Source: a virus (lineage: Duplodnaviria; Caudoviricetes). Taken from it: DNA of 56,984 bases. The notes beneath the pieces are model-generated. The model was not told the DNA's origin and ran no database searches. It saw nothing but the letters and a program-made list of their open reading frames with translations. The stretch lies in IMG/VR virus record IMGVR_UViG_3300037692_000675, positions 1-56,984 of that record; one strand, given 5' to 3'. Each line of letters starts with the position of its first letter. Position 1 is the first letter of the stretch. The position numbers and the translations under genes are program-made. This document shows, piece after piece, positions 8,474 to 18,781 of the stretch.

Positions 8474-11400
8474 GACACCCTTGTCCGCGTGATCGTGAAG
8501 GCCCGGTCGGGCCAGCCCGGCCCCTGCTGCTCGCGCCCCGCCTCGGCGATCTCCACCCGGTGGATGGCCGCGCCGGTCGCCGTCTGCACCGCGGCGAAGA
8601 GCTGCTCGGCCCCGTTGGCCTCGGCCGTCACCAGGTCATTGACCCCGACCGCGTCCTCCAGCCCCAGCGACTGCACCCACCCGCCGTTGCCCTGGCGCCA
8701 CAGGTACTGCCCGCCGGTGCCGATGCCTCCCGCCCACAGCCACCCGTCCATGACCGCCAGCCCCCGCAGCTCGTCCCACCCGAAGTTCTGGTCCAGCGCC
8801 CACGCCGTCAGCTTGCGGTACAGCTTGCCACTGTCCCCGCTCCCCGCGTAGATGACCGTCCCATGCGCCGCGAGCCGCCGGATGACCGCCTCGCCCGTCG
8901 CGTGCTGCAGCGCCCAGGCCGTGCCCGAGAGCAGCAGCACGTCGCCGCCGTCCGTCCCGGCCATCAGCCCCTGCCCGATCGCCGCCAGGGCCGTGATGTT
9001 GTCCTCGTGGACCGCGCTCCCCCGCAGCGACCGCTCCGCATACCGATACAGCTTGCTCCCCCCCGCCGCCAGCGTCGCCGCGATCGCCAGGTCGTCTCCG
9101 GCCACCGCCAGCGCCGTGATCGCCGTCACGACGTCCGGGCGCGGGATCAACAGCCCCGCATCCAGCTCCCCGGTGTCGGTGTCAATCGCCTCGATCATCT
9201 CTCCCCACGCCACGTAGCACGTGCCCCCGAGCACCGCCATGTCCACCGGCTCGCTCGTGAGCCAGTCCAGGTCCCGCAGCAGCCCCAGCGCCCCGGTCGC
9301 CAGGTTCAGCCGCCACACCTGCGCCGGCTCGGTGGCCAGGGCGTAGAGTATCCCGTCCGCCACCCCCAGCCGGATCACGTTCGCCGCCGAGATGGCCCAG
9401 CGCGCCGCCGTCTGCCGGGGCGTCTTGCACATCATCCACTCAATGGTCCGCCCCTGGGGCGTCACGCTGTGCGGCCGCCCTGGCCGCTCGACGATCCGCA
9501 TGTCCCCCCAGGTGTGGCTGCCGCCCGGCACGGCGTACCCCACCTGCAGGTTGTACAGCTCGCTGATGTCGTAGGAGGAAAGATCGCGCGGGTAGAGCAC
9601 CTCGCAGCTCTCCATGAAGATGTCGCCGAAGTCGCTGCTATCGGCGTTGATCGGCACGTTGTCGGCGTCGGTCCCGAGCTGCCCCGTCCAGCACACCCGC
9701 ACCTGGTCCGCCTTGGTGTTCACCAGGTTCACGGTGATCGTGTCGTTGCCTTCCTGCAGCGCCACGTCCCACGCCCGCACCATGATCTCGTGCTCACCGT
9801 TGGCCCAGGTCCCGCTGGCCCAGGTAAACGTCTGCTCCACCCCATTGGCCGGCGCGTCGATGGTCTGCTGCAGCATCCCGTCCACGTACAGCCCCATCTT
9901 CCAGATCCCGACCTCGTCGGTCGCCGTCGCCGTGATTTCCACCGCCCCCGCCACGCTCGCCGCGTCCGCCGGCGCCGTGATGACCACCACCGGCGGGTCG
10001 CCGGCCGCGGGTCCGCCCGCGTCGTACACCACCTGGTGGCTGTCGCTGTCCGTCTCGGCCCCGCTGGTCAGCCGCGCCAGCAGCGTGTACTCGGCCTCCG
10101 CCAGCCCCTCGGGCATCGTCAGCGCCTCGGCATAGGTCCCGCCGCCCGCCACGATCGTCCGCGCCGCGCTCAGCAGCGTGTAGCTGTTCCCGCCGCCGAT
10201 CAGCGTGATCTCCAGCGTCCCCGAGCCCGCCGCGAAGGCCCCGTAGTTGATCAGTGCCGTGAACTCCGGCCCCACCGTCGCCCCCTCCGCTGGCAGGTCC
10301 ACCGTCACCGTCGGCGTCGTCGGCGTCCCGCCGCCCCCTCCGCCGCTGCCCCCGCCGCCCCCGACGACCTCATCAATGATGATCCCCATCACCGCCGCCT
10401 CGGCCAGCACCACCCAGGTCCCGCTCACGTACTTGCCCTGCTGGGCCACCAGCGCCACGGCGACCTGCGCGCCCGACCATTGCATCGGCAGGCTCCAAAA
10501 CTCCGCCGCCCCGCCCTCCGCCACCGGCAGCCACTGGTAGGCATAGTCCACCAGCCTGACGAAGTGCTTCACCGCCCCGGTCAGGTGCCCGCTGACGTTC
10601 ACCTCGGGCCACGGCAGATGCACCCCCGTCTGCGGGCTGTCGATCGCGATCCCGTACGCCTCGTCAAAGACCAGGTCCAGCTCCGCCGGGTCCTCCGCCC
10701 CCATCGGCCACGTCGCCCCGTCGATGAAGGTGACGTTCTCCAGCCCCGCCTGCAGCGTGAACTCCTCCAGGTCGGCCATCTGCGCCGTATCCAGCGTCAG
10801 CGCCTTGGTCCCCGTCAGCGTCGGCAGCGTCAGCGACTTCGCCTTATCCCCGAGCAGATCCGCGCTCGGCGGCTTCATCTCAAAGTGCAGCACGCACGGC
10901 GTCGGCGCCCACCACTCATCGACCTCGACCCCCACCGTCACCTGCGTCGTCTCGATGTGGGTGTCCGGCGCCGGGCTGGTGAAGCTCACCGCCGGCACGA
11001 ACATCGTGAAGCCCGCCGTATCGGTCGCCACCACGCTGCTGTCGCTCGCCTTCTGCAGCTCGAGCGTCAGCGCCTTGGCCCCCGCCGTCCCCAGGTTCCC
11101 CAGCCACGTCCCATCCTGCCCCCAGGGCACCTTGCAGGCCAGGGAGGCGTCGATGGTCCCCTCCCCGCCCTGCAGCCCGTACTCGGTGTGCCACACGTAC
11201 CCCTCGCACTTGAGCACGGCATAGTAGCCGCCGGTGATGCTGGGCGCTTCGAACTGGATGTCCAGGCTGGCCGGGCCGTCGCCCGAGACCCCCGTGTCCA
11301 TGTTCTTATAGCCGCCGCCGTCGTCGCCGTACTTCGAGTAGCGGTGCTTCGTCGCGTCATCCCACAACAGCGCCTCGGCCGCATCCGCCCCGATCCGGAT

Positions 11401-12012
11401 CCACGCCGCCTCCGCCGCCAGCGTCGGCGCGGGGATCGTGCCGAAGTCAACGCCCCAAGGATTTGCGGGAAGATCACCGCCGGGATTAACGGCATTGTAC
11501 GTGACGCTGCCCGGCCCCCCACTTTTGGACGAGTGCAAGCACCAGTAGCCGCCCCCGTAGTACAGCCACCGCTCATTCGGACCGCCCTCATCAAGCACGT
11601 AGGCTGGATGAATTCCATCCGGAGAAAGCCCGCTCTCCTCGTACCAGCCCTTGAAGGTGAGGTCACCCGGGTCGGTGCCGACGCCGTCGAGTTGTCCGAC
11701 ATAGAACCTGGCCATGAGCTTTCCTTTTACCTTGACCGGCTTACCCTTGTGAACGGTCGGCGCCGGGTCCAGCGCGCGCAGACCTGTGCTCAGATCAAAT
11801 GGGGCAACCTGCTCGACCCGTCTCTCCTCCGGGGGCGCCGGCGGCGGCACTCTCTGCCACACCGCCCCCCCGATCAGCACCACCGCCGCCAGCACCACCC
11901 ACGGCCAGATCGCTCCCCCCCCGCCGTTCCCTGCCGTCCCGCCGTCCTGCCGTCCCGCCGTCTCATCGTTCGCATCCGCGACGTCCTTGCCATCGTCGCC
12001 CATCGTGCTCAT
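8470..12012 (-). CDS. large multidomain protein (N-terminal TM, Ig-like domains, C-terminal propeller-like repeats), putative adhesin/fibre
   Basis: WPWVVLAAVVLIGGAVW; PPVVVITAPA..ATATDEVG..YVDG..NGEHEIMVRAWD Ig-like repeats; Gly linker. Confidence 0.65.
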   Translation of the reverse strand: MSTMGDDGKDVADANDETAGRQDGGTAGNGGGGAIWPWVVLAAVVLIGGAVWQRVPPPAPPEERRVEQVAPFDLSTGLRALDPAPTVHKGKPVKVKGKLMARFYVGQLDGVGTDPGDLTFKGWYEESGLSPDGIHPAYVLDEGGPNERWLYYGGGYWCLHSSKSGGPGSVTYNAVNPGGDLPANPWGVDFGTIPAPTLAAEAAWIRIGADAAEALLWDDATKHRYSKYGDDGGGYKNMDTGVSGDGPASLDIQFEAPSITGGYYAVLKCEGYVWHTEYGLQGGEGTIDASLACKVPWGQDGTWLGNLGTAGAKALTLELQKASDSSVVATDTAGFTMFVPAVSFTSPAPDTHIETTQVTVGVEVDEWWAPTPCVLHFEMKPPSADLLGDKAKSLTLPTLTGTKALTLDTAQMADLEEFTLQAGLENVTFIDGATWPMGAEDPAELDLVFDEAYGIAIDSPQTGVHLPWPEVNVSGHLTGAVKHFVRLVDYAYQWLPVAEGGAAEFWSLPMQWSGAQVAVALVAQQGKYVSGTWVVLAEAAVMGIIIDEVVGGGGGSGGGGGGTPTTPTVTVDLPAEGATVGPEFTALINYGAFAAGSGTLEITLIGGGNSYTLLSAARTIVAGGGTYAEALTMPEGLAEAEYTLLARLTSGAETDSDSHQVVYDAGGPAAGDPPVVVITAPADAASVAGAVEITATATDEVGIWKMGLYVDGMLQQTIDAPANGVEQTFTWASGTWANGEHEIMVRAWDVALQEGNDTITVNLVNTKADQVRVCWTGQLGTDADNVPINADSSDFGDIFMESCEVLYPRDLSSYDISELYNLQVGYAVPGGSHTWGDMRIVERPGRPHSVTPQGRTIEWMMCKTPRQTAARWAISAANVIRLGVADGILYALATEPAQVWRLNLATGALGLLRDLDWLTSEPVDMAVLGGTCYVAWGEMIEAIDTDTGELDAGLLIPRPDVVTAITALAVAGDDLAIAATLAAGGSKLYRYAERSLRGSAVHEDNITALAAIGQGLMAGTDGGDVLLLSGTAWALQHATGEAVIRRLAAHGTVIYAGSGDSGKLYRKLTAWALDQNFGWDELRGLAVMDGWLWAGGIGTGGQYLWRQGNGGWVQSLGLEDAVGVNDLVTAEANGAEQLFAAVQTATGAAIHRVEIAEAGREQQGPGWPDRAFTITRTRVS

Positions 12013-12211
12013 CCTCTCTCCACAAAATCGAAGAGCCGCCTAACGTCCACGCCCGGCAAGGGAACGAGGTCGCTGTATGGCGGCTCTCCGAAAGCGCAAA
12101 GACCTCGTTTGGGACAGGTCACTGTCCACCATGCCTTGCCGGGCACTCCGAGTTTGCGCTTTCACGAGAGCGATGTCAAGCTGCCGCCGTTGCCGTCTGC
12201 CGCCGCCGTCC

Positions 12212-12259
12212 GCGTCCCGGAGGGACGCTTCTCCCAGTCGGGGGTTTCAACCCCCGACT
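12212..12259 (+). repeat. REP-like family C (GCGYCCCGGAGGGRCGC..GGGGTTTCAACCCCCG)
   Basis: copies at ~12212, 21237, 37934, 38794 (in CDS), 44586 (in CDS), 51517, 55398; same orientation. Confidence 0.9.
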
Positions 12260-12293
12260 GCCTGCCCCGCCCGCCGTTGCCGTCTGCCGTCCC

Positions 12294-12325
12294 CTGACCT
12301 CTGACCTCCGCCCTCTGACCTCTGC
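12294..12325 (+). repeat. 7-mer tandem repeat family (CTCTGAC/CTCTGAN)n
   Basis: similar runs at ~15355, 22687, 25575, 27920, 28950, 44372. Confidence 0.8.
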
Positions 12326-12327
12326 CG

Positions 12328-14019
12328 TTACTCCTCATACCGCCCCGTCGCCAGCACCGTCCCCTCCGGCCAGGCCACCGCCGCCGGCTTGAGCAGCGCC
12401 ACTTCCACCTGGTAGCCCGGCGTCTCCAGCACACATCCGGCCGCGCCGATGGGCAGCACCTGGTAGTCCCGCCAGTCCCGGCTCTCAGTGGTCTCCGGGT
12501 CCACGCGCACCAGCGCCCGCATCTGCGCGACATCCGCCGCCGGCGCCTTCACCACGAGCCGCACTTCGTGAGCCTTCTCGGTGGGCGTGTCCGCCGCCAA
12601 CTCCGGCTCATACAGCCACCGCACTTCCGCCCCGGCCGGCTCGAGGTACTCGTCACTCGGCGTCATCCGCCCGGCCACGATGCACCCATCCCACAGGCCC
12701 AGCCACGGCGCGCTGCCGCTCCCATCGGTGTAGATGACCGTGCCCTCGCCGTCGGTCAGCACCCACTGCGTGCCGTCCCAGATGATGTGGTGCTCGCCGT
12801 CCACCTGGTCCCAGCTCATCCGCCCGTTGACGGTCCCGTCAGCCTCATACTCGCCGTCGCAGCTCGGATCATCGGACCCCCACACCACGAGCCCCTGGGT
12901 GGTGCCGTCGAGCACGGTGGTGAAGCCCCCGCCCTCGGTGCCGTACGGCGCGAGGATCCAGTTGGTGCCATCCCAGATGATCCACCAGGTGCCGTCCTCG
13001 TTGACATAGGCGGTCTCACCGTTGTGGGTGCCGTCGGGGTGATACCAGCCGTTGGCGCCAGGGTCGGGCGCATTCTCGACCTGCAGCCCCACGACCCCAT
13101 CCACCTCCCGCGCATACACCCACACCCCGCCTGGCCCGACCGTGACCTGCAGCAGCACATAGTTCGGGTCAGGGTAGCCTCCCCCGATGATTCCGCGATC
13201 GTGTCCGACCAACCACAGTCGCCCCGCGGTCTCGTGCCCCGCAAGGGGCACATAGGGCGCGTCGCGTCGGGTAGCGAATAGGCCATCGCGCAGACAGGCC
13301 CAGTTGCCCTCCTGCCCGGGTGAAGATCCCTCCTGGCCGAATAGGTGGAATGCCCTGGCCGTCGCCACCGCTCGCACCGGCGCTGCCTCCAGTGCCCCGA
13401 GCGACGTCATGGCATGACCGTCCCAGCGCCCGAAAACTCCCGCCGCCCCATACCAGGCATCACGCCACCAGGCCGCGATCGTCCTTTGCGGCAACAACGA
13501 GGGCGCCCCGCTCGATTGTAGGAAGCTATTGACGAAGCTGGCCTCGTACATCTCTCGCAGCTTCACCGGCACGCTGTCCCAGGGCACGGCCACCAAAGCA
13601 CTGCCCCGACGCGCGTACACCAAAGAGAGCTGGTAGAGATTGCGCACCACATAAGGCTCGATCTCGATGGCCTGGAGGGTCAGCTCGCCGGCGCTGCTCG
13701 CCTCGCCTATGGCGATGACGCCCCACACCCCGTCTGCGTATTGCCAGACCTGCAGCCCGGCCTCCCCCGCCGCCAACGCCCAGCCCGCCGGATGCAGGGC
13801 AAGCACGCCGTCCACCGTCTCCGGCCCGGCGATCTCATCCACCGTGCCGCTGATCAGTGCCAGGTCGCAGCCGTTGAGCCGGCACACTTGCGTCCGGGCG
13901 CTCGTGGCCAGGCGCAGCAGTGGCGTCGCCCCGCTTGCGCGCGCGACCCACACCGTCCCGTCGCTCATCTCGGCGACGTCGGTCAGCTCCTCAGTTATGC
14001 TGCTCAGCTCAACTGCCAT
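12328..14019 (-). CDS. putative tail/virion protein with internal duplicated Trp-rich module
   Basis: NGWYHPDGTHNGETAY..WWIIWDGTNWIL and DGEYEADGTVNGRMSW..IIWDGTQWVL. Confidence 0.6.
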   Translation of the reverse strand: MAVELSSITEELTDVAEMSDGTVWVARASGATPLLRLATSARTQVCRLNGCDLALISGTVDEIAGPETVDGVLALHPAGWALAAGEAGLQVWQYADGVWGVIAIGEASSAGELTLQAIEIEPYVVRNLYQLSLVYARRGSALVAVPWDSVPVKLREMYEASFVNSFLQSSGAPSLLPQRTIAAWWRDAWYGAAGVFGRWDGHAMTSLGALEAAPVRAVATARAFHLFGQEGSSPGQEGNWACLRDGLFATRRDAPYVPLAGHETAGRLWLVGHDRGIIGGGYPDPNYVLLQVTVGPGGVWVYAREVDGVVGLQVENAPDPGANGWYHPDGTHNGETAYVNEDGTWWIIWDGTNWILAPYGTEGGGFTTVLDGTTQGLVVWGSDDPSCDGEYEADGTVNGRMSWDQVDGEHHIIWDGTQWVLTDGEGTVIYTDGSGSAPWLGLWDGCIVAGRMTPSDEYLEPAGAEVRWLYEPELAADTPTEKAHEVRLVVKAPAADVAQMRALVRVDPETTESRDWRDYQVLPIGAAGCVLETPGYQVEVALLKPAAVAWPEGTVLATGRYEE

Positions 14020-14108
14020 CGCTCTCCGCCGTTTGCCGTTCGCCGTTCCCCCCTCCCCTAAGAGACCCGCAGGGTCTCAGGAGGGGTGCCCCAGACCGTC
14101 GGGGTGGG

Positions 14109-15113
14109 CTACTCGTCGCTGCCCGCCCCCACGAAGTCCTTCCCGTCCGCCCCATCCCCGCGCCCGTAATGATTCTCGACGACCGTTGCCGTATTCCGCT
14201 GGGCTGTCGGCAGGTCCGGCAGGTAGTGTGCCCCGGTCATCATCAGGATCGCCTGGTTGGCGACGTCATCAGGCAGCACCATCTGCACGACGGCGGCGCC
14301 GCTGCTCCCGCTGCCGGCGGCCTCGAGCGCGTCGAGCCGCACCGCCAGGGCATCGGTGATCGTCTGCACCCACTGCGGTATCGTCGTCGCATCGGTCGGC
14401 GAGAGCGCCAGCAGCCACCAGTAGACGGCCCCGAACTCCCCGCCGCCTCCGCCGCCGCCGCCCATGTACGCTTCCAGCAGCACCAGCCGGCTGTCCACGC
14501 TCGCCGGCGGCACGGTCGCCAGGTAGTTGGCCCCCAGCGCCGCGGTCAGGAACGCCTCGAGGCTCTGGTCCCCGCCGAAGACCCGCACGAGCGCCGCCCA
14601 CGGGATCCGCCCGGCGATCGCCGGCGCCGCCCGCACCGAGTTATCCACCGCCGTCACGACCCCGCCCGCCACCGTGACTTTGCACACGAGCAGGGCATCG
14701 GGCGCCGGAGTCGCGCTGCCATCAATGTAGTACCCGCAGCCTTGGTCCTCCCGGGCCGTGGCTCCGACCTGCACGTGCACATAGTTGATCCCCTCGGCAA
14801 AGCCCGCGGCCGCGAGGGTCTCCTCGGCGCTGTAGACGGGCACAGCGCCCAAGTCATCTTCGATCACAGCGCCTGGGACCGTAACCTCGCCTTCGACCCA
14901 GCCCATCTCGGAGATGACCAGGTCCGCCCCGACGATGCTCCCGACACCGCCCCGGTAGATCCCGACGCCCAGGGCCCCGAGCATCGCCCCCATGATCCGC
15001 CCGATGGCCTCGGTCTTCACCCCTTCATCATGTGGGGTGCCGGTTTCCCCCTCGGCGGGGTAGCCCAGGCCGAAGATCGGCTCACTGCCGGTGTAATGGG
15101 TATACTCACTCAT
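14109..15113 (-). CDS. putative tail/baseplate-associated protein
   Basis: in tail operon; N-terminal similarity to 3782..4513. Confidence 0.6.
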   Translation of the reverse strand: MSEYTHYTGSEPIFGLGYPAEGETGTPHDEGVKTEAIGRIMGAMLGALGVGIYRGGVGSIVGADLVISEMGWVEGEVTVPGAVIEDDLGAVPVYSAEETLAAAGFAEGINYVHVQVGATAREDQGCGYYIDGSATPAPDALLVCKVTVAGGVVTAVDNSVRAAPAIAGRIPWAALVRVFGGDQSLEAFLTAALGANYLATVPPASVDSRLVLLEAYMGGGGGGGGEFGAVYWWLLALSPTDATTIPQWVQTITDALAVRLDALEAAGSGSSGAAVVQMVLPDDVANQAILMMTGAHYLPDLPTAQRNTATVVENHYGRGDGADGKDFVGAGSDE

Positions 15114-15330
15114 CGCTGAACACATCCCCGCTACTGGTGTCGTCGCTAAACACCGACACGCCCCACATCCACTTTAATCTGCCCTGACCATCCTGGATGC
15201 TCTCCCCACTAACTGCCCCCGCCGCCACGCCGTTCTCCCCTCTCCCCGTGGGAGATGGGCCGGGGGTGAGGGTCTGCCCGACCTCCCGCACCGCCGCGTC
15301 CACGATCTCCTGCTTCCGGTCGCGCCTCAT
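15106..15330 (-). CDS. small hypothetical protein with in-frame REP
   Basis: overlaps next start; TLTPGPSPTGRGENG is encoded by a hairpin repeat. Confidence 0.5.
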   Translation of the reverse strand: MRRDRKQEIVDAAVREVGQTLTPGPSPTGRGENGVAAGAVSGESIQDGQGRLKWMWGVSVFSDDTSSGDVFSDE

Positions 15331-15387
15331 CGCCGTCCACCTTTGCCGTGCCCCTGGCCTCTGACCTCTGACCTCTGAACCCTGCCG

Positions 15388-17634
15388 TTACACCGCCACC
15401 ACATCCACATCCATCTCCCACAGCCCGCCCACGTCCCACTGTTCCCGAACGCTCATCACGTAGAAATCGCTGCCGTCCACGGTCACCCGCCACGTCGGGA
15501 TCACCCGCTGCCCGATCAGGCTGTAGCTCCCCACGTCGCGCAGCCGTCGTAGCCACTCGAACCGGTACCGGCACCGCAGGTTCACCAGCCGCTGCTCCCC
15601 GAGGCTCTCATCCGCCTCGCGCTCGGTCACATCCCAGCCCCGGAAGCGGCTCGACCCCACCCCCGTCAAAGCTGTAAAGTCGCAGGCCCGGCTCGAGAGA
15701 GGTCGCCCGGTTGAGCGCTCTCGGCCGCCAACGATCACGCTCGTTTTGCCCTCATTCAGCCGGGGCCTGCGACTCAGGTTGCGGCGGATCTCATCCTCCG
15801 CCGCCGGGCTATCCGTCACCCGAAAGATGCGCGTCACCGCCGTGGACAGGGCCACATACTGAAACAGCCCCTCGTCATCCCACAGCATGAAGGTGTTGTA
15901 GTCAAAGCTCATCAAGTAGCGCAGCCACCGCCACACCGACAGCTCGGGCCGGGGCTTGCACGCCGCCCCGCTCTCCCGGTCCACCATGCCTCCGACGTCG
16001 CTGCCCGCCTCGCCCAGGGCCTGCTCGCCCGCCCATGAGCTGTCCGGCAGCCGCGCCCCGCTGTCGTGGATCGCCCCGATCTCCGCCGCCCGCACGTGCC
16101 CCCATGTCAGCGTTTCGGCGATCGCCGCCGCCACCGTCATCCCGTCCTGTGGCGCCCGCTCGCCGCACTCGATCTCATCCAGGATGTCCATGCGGTCAAT
16201 GGTCACGACCTGGGCCCAGGCGTTGGCGATGCTCTCTTCGGTCTTCTCGTCTATCCGGCACACGCTGACCAACTTCTGCGCCGGCCCGTCGCCCACCCAC
16301 GACGATCCCGACCCCGCGTCCTCGCTCCCCGGCCGACCGAGAGCGATACTGAGCAGCTTGTTGGCCCGGAGGTTGTCAAAGAACCCGTCGCTGTTGTCGA
16401 GCCGGATCGTGTACTGCTGCTTGACCACGTGCTTATTAAGGTCTAGCTCCCACCCACCGTCCCCGCTCATAAACCGCTCGGTGAGGTCCAGGAAGCTCTG
16501 TGGCCCCGCCGTCGTGACCGGCGCGACCCGAAGGCCCGCGCACCGCACCACCGGCGTCTCCGTGCCGTCTTCGCTGTACAGCGCCACTCCCACGCGCAGC
16601 GACCGCGGCCAGGGGCCGCTCGGCCCTACCTCGAGCTCACTGCCGTCGGCGTTGGCCAGGTACGCCCGGGCGTAGGTCCCCGCCGGCTTACTCCCGGTCA
16701 CGACCGATACCGGCGCCGCGGCCGGCGCCCGGTCCAGTGTCGCCGCCGCCCGCCCGAGCAGCAGGTTCCACTCCCCCCGCGCGAAGACCACGCCGTGCAG
16801 CCCGAAGTAGCATGCTCCCCCGTTGCCGCGCAGCTCAATTGGCGCCGCCGCCACCGTGATCGGGCGCTTCTCGGCATACACCCACGGCTCCCCCATGGCC
16901 CCAGCGCGCATCACGATCTGCCCATCAATGCACATGACCGTGATGAAGGTCTCGCGCTCGCCGTAGTTGTCGCCGTACAGCTCCTGGGCCTGCCAATCCT
17001 TGGTCGCCACGAGCTGCCACTGCCCGCCGACGCGCTTGTGCAGCTCCGGCGCGCGCCACTTCACCAGCCGCAGGTGCCAGATCCCCCCAAACGTGAAGCC
17101 CGTATGAATGTACGGCGCCGCCGCCGCCCCGATCTCCTCCGCGCTCGGCGTCCACTCCCGGTACAGGCTCACACAGAACTTCGGGTTGGCCGGGAGACTG
17201 CCATGGCTCGGGAAAGCGAACTCATCGGGCGTGGCGGCATACTGCTGCAGGTACGTGACCCCGGATGTCCCGCCCGGGCGGATGATCCGCCACGAGCCGG
17301 TGCTCGCCGGCGCACTGGACCGCATCGGGTACAGCGTCTCCCACGCCGGCGCGAGCGTCTGGTAGGTGATCGGCCCGAACCAGAAGTCTTCGTCAATGTC
17401 GCGTGGCTCGATCTGCCACGCCAACGTCGCAGCCTTGAGCGCCGCATCCCACACGACCCCGCCGAAGCCCCCGACCAGCTGCGCCTCGGTCGCCCGGTGC
17501 ACGTCATATTCGCTGAAGCGCTCGAGCTCATCATCCCACGCAAAGCCCCCGCCCACAAAGCGCCCACGGTCAACGGGATGTGAGAACCCGCCGTCCGCCA
17601 TGTACACCTTGCACTCTGCGAGCGCTACTGCCAT
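15388..17634 (-). CDS. large tail (hub/distal tail-like) protein
   Basis: 748 aa from MAVALAECK; IRLDNSDG, DRMDILDE, PQDG motifs parallel VALDNQRG, DPMVRLRDE, PVFDG in the interrupted outer gene. Confidence 0.65.
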   Translation of the reverse strand: MAVALAECKVYMADGGFSHPVDRGRFVGGGFAWDDELERFSEYDVHRATEAQLVGGFGGVVWDAALKAATLAWQIEPRDIDEDFWFGPITYQTLAPAWETLYPMRSSAPASTGSWRIIRPGGTSGVTYLQQYAATPDEFAFPSHGSLPANPKFCVSLYREWTPSAEEIGAAAAPYIHTGFTFGGIWHLRLVKWRAPELHKRVGGQWQLVATKDWQAQELYGDNYGERETFITVMCIDGQIVMRAGAMGEPWVYAEKRPITVAAAPIELRGNGGACYFGLHGVVFARGEWNLLLGRAAATLDRAPAAAPVSVVTGSKPAGTYARAYLANADGSELEVGPSGPWPRSLRVGVALYSEDGTETPVVRCAGLRVAPVTTAGPQSFLDLTERFMSGDGGWELDLNKHVVKQQYTIRLDNSDGFFDNLRANKLLSIALGRPGSEDAGSGSSWVGDGPAQKLVSVCRIDEKTEESIANAWAQVVTIDRMDILDEIECGERAPQDGMTVAAAIAETLTWGHVRAAEIGAIHDSGARLPDSSWAGEQALGEAGSDVGGMVDRESGAACKPRPELSVWRWLRYLMSFDYNTFMLWDDEGLFQYVALSTAVTRIFRVTDSPAAEDEIRRNLSRRPRLNEGKTSVIVGGRERSTGRPLSSRACDFTALTGVGSSRFRGWDVTEREADESLGEQRLVNLRCRYRFEWLRRLRDVGSYSLIGQRVIPTWRVTVDGSDFYVMSVREQWDVGGLWEMDVDVVAV

Positions 17635-18641
17635 GTCACGCCCCGATCGCTGCTCGTCGCCTCGACATCCTCCGCGTCCGCCGTGTCGTACCGCAGCACG
17701 AGCGCCCCGGTCTCTTTCCGTGCCGGCGCCGCCTCGGTCACACCGTCGGCCACGAGCACGCCGCTGCACCGCGCGAAGCTCCCGTTGCGCACCCGCCCCA
17801 CGCACCAGGCCGCGGTGCTCTGCGGCCCGTCGCCGGTCACCAGCGCGATCCCGCCGCCGGCCGTCGGCTTGAGGAACAGGTACACGGTCCCCGACGTCGG
17901 GACGTCCACGGTCAGGGCCGCTGCGGCCGTCAGCGTCTGGTAGCCGATCACGGCGCTCCCAGGGGCCGCCGTGGCCTGTCCGGAGCCGTAGTTGACAGAT
18001 AGCCCGTCTCGGGGCCCCGCGGCGCCGTCGTGCAGTTGTGTGCGCACCACGAGCATCTCGTTCTCGATGCGCGGGAGCACCTGGTCGCCGCTTACGGGGT
18101 CGAGCAACATCCGTTTCCTCCGTCGTCCGCCCTGCCACACTGAGGTGAAGATCGGCCGTCCGCTCAGGTTCGGGCTGCCCACTTCGGCGTGCGCCACCCG
18201 GATGATCGCCCCGGCGGGGATCGTCAGCAGGTAGTGCGCCGTGTACACATCCACATGGATCGGCCCGGTGCCGTCGTAGCCGTCGGGGTACTCGAGCGTC
18301 GGCTGCTGGCTCTCATCCCCCAGCGTCGTGACCGGGTCGGGCACGCTGCTGGTGATCCGCTCGTTCTGGATGTACCACATGCTGCCGAATGGCCCGAGAT
18401 CCACGACGCTGATCGGCAGGTCCATCCGGATCGCGAGCAGGACGGTGGTGTCGTCGCTGGCCCGCACGTCGATGTCCACATACCAGTGGTGGATCCCGGT
18501 GCCGAGCTCTTCGTTGATCGAGTAGCAGATGACGATGCCGCGCCCGGGCGTGTCGCTGACGATCCCGCGCGGGTGACTGGCCGAGTACGTCGTCGGCATC
18601 CGCCAGTCGCTCCAGCCGCTCCCCACGGGCACCTCAGGCAT
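17625..18641 (-). CDS. putative virion protein with C-terminal Asp-box
   Basis: ends SSDRGVTWQ (SxDxGxTW); C-terminus resembles that of 51998..55222. Confidence 0.6.
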   Translation of the reverse strand: MPEVPVGSGWSDWRMPTTYSASHPRGIVSDTPGRGIVICYSINEELGTGIHHWYVDIDVRASDDTTVLLAIRMDLPISVVDLGPFGSMWYIQNERITSSVPDPVTTLGDESQQPTLEYPDGYDGTGPIHVDVYTAHYLLTIPAGAIIRVAHAEVGSPNLSGRPIFTSVWQGGRRRKRMLLDPVSGDQVLPRIENEMLVVRTQLHDGAAGPRDGLSVNYGSGQATAAPGSAVIGYQTLTAAAALTVDVPTSGTVYLFLKPTAGGGIALVTGDGPQSTAAWCVGRVRNGSFARCSGVLVADGVTEAAPARKETGALVLRYDTADAEDVEATSSDRGVTWQ

Positions 18642-18781
18642 GGTTAACTTTCTGGGTTAAGAATCTGGCGAAAATCCCTGGCTAGCTTTTGCGTTAAGTT
18701 CTGCGTTGCGCATCGCGCAACTATTGGCCCGCGCCGTCGCCGTTGGCCGTCCGGAGGGGCCGGCTATTAGCCGGCCCGCCG

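Noticed and set aside
8560-12297. Very long opposite-strand ORFs (e.g. 8560..12297 +, 29378..31720 +, 39668..41326 -, 3680..5437 +)
   Set aside because: Shadow frames of high-GC genes; Arg/Pro/His-rich with no motifs.
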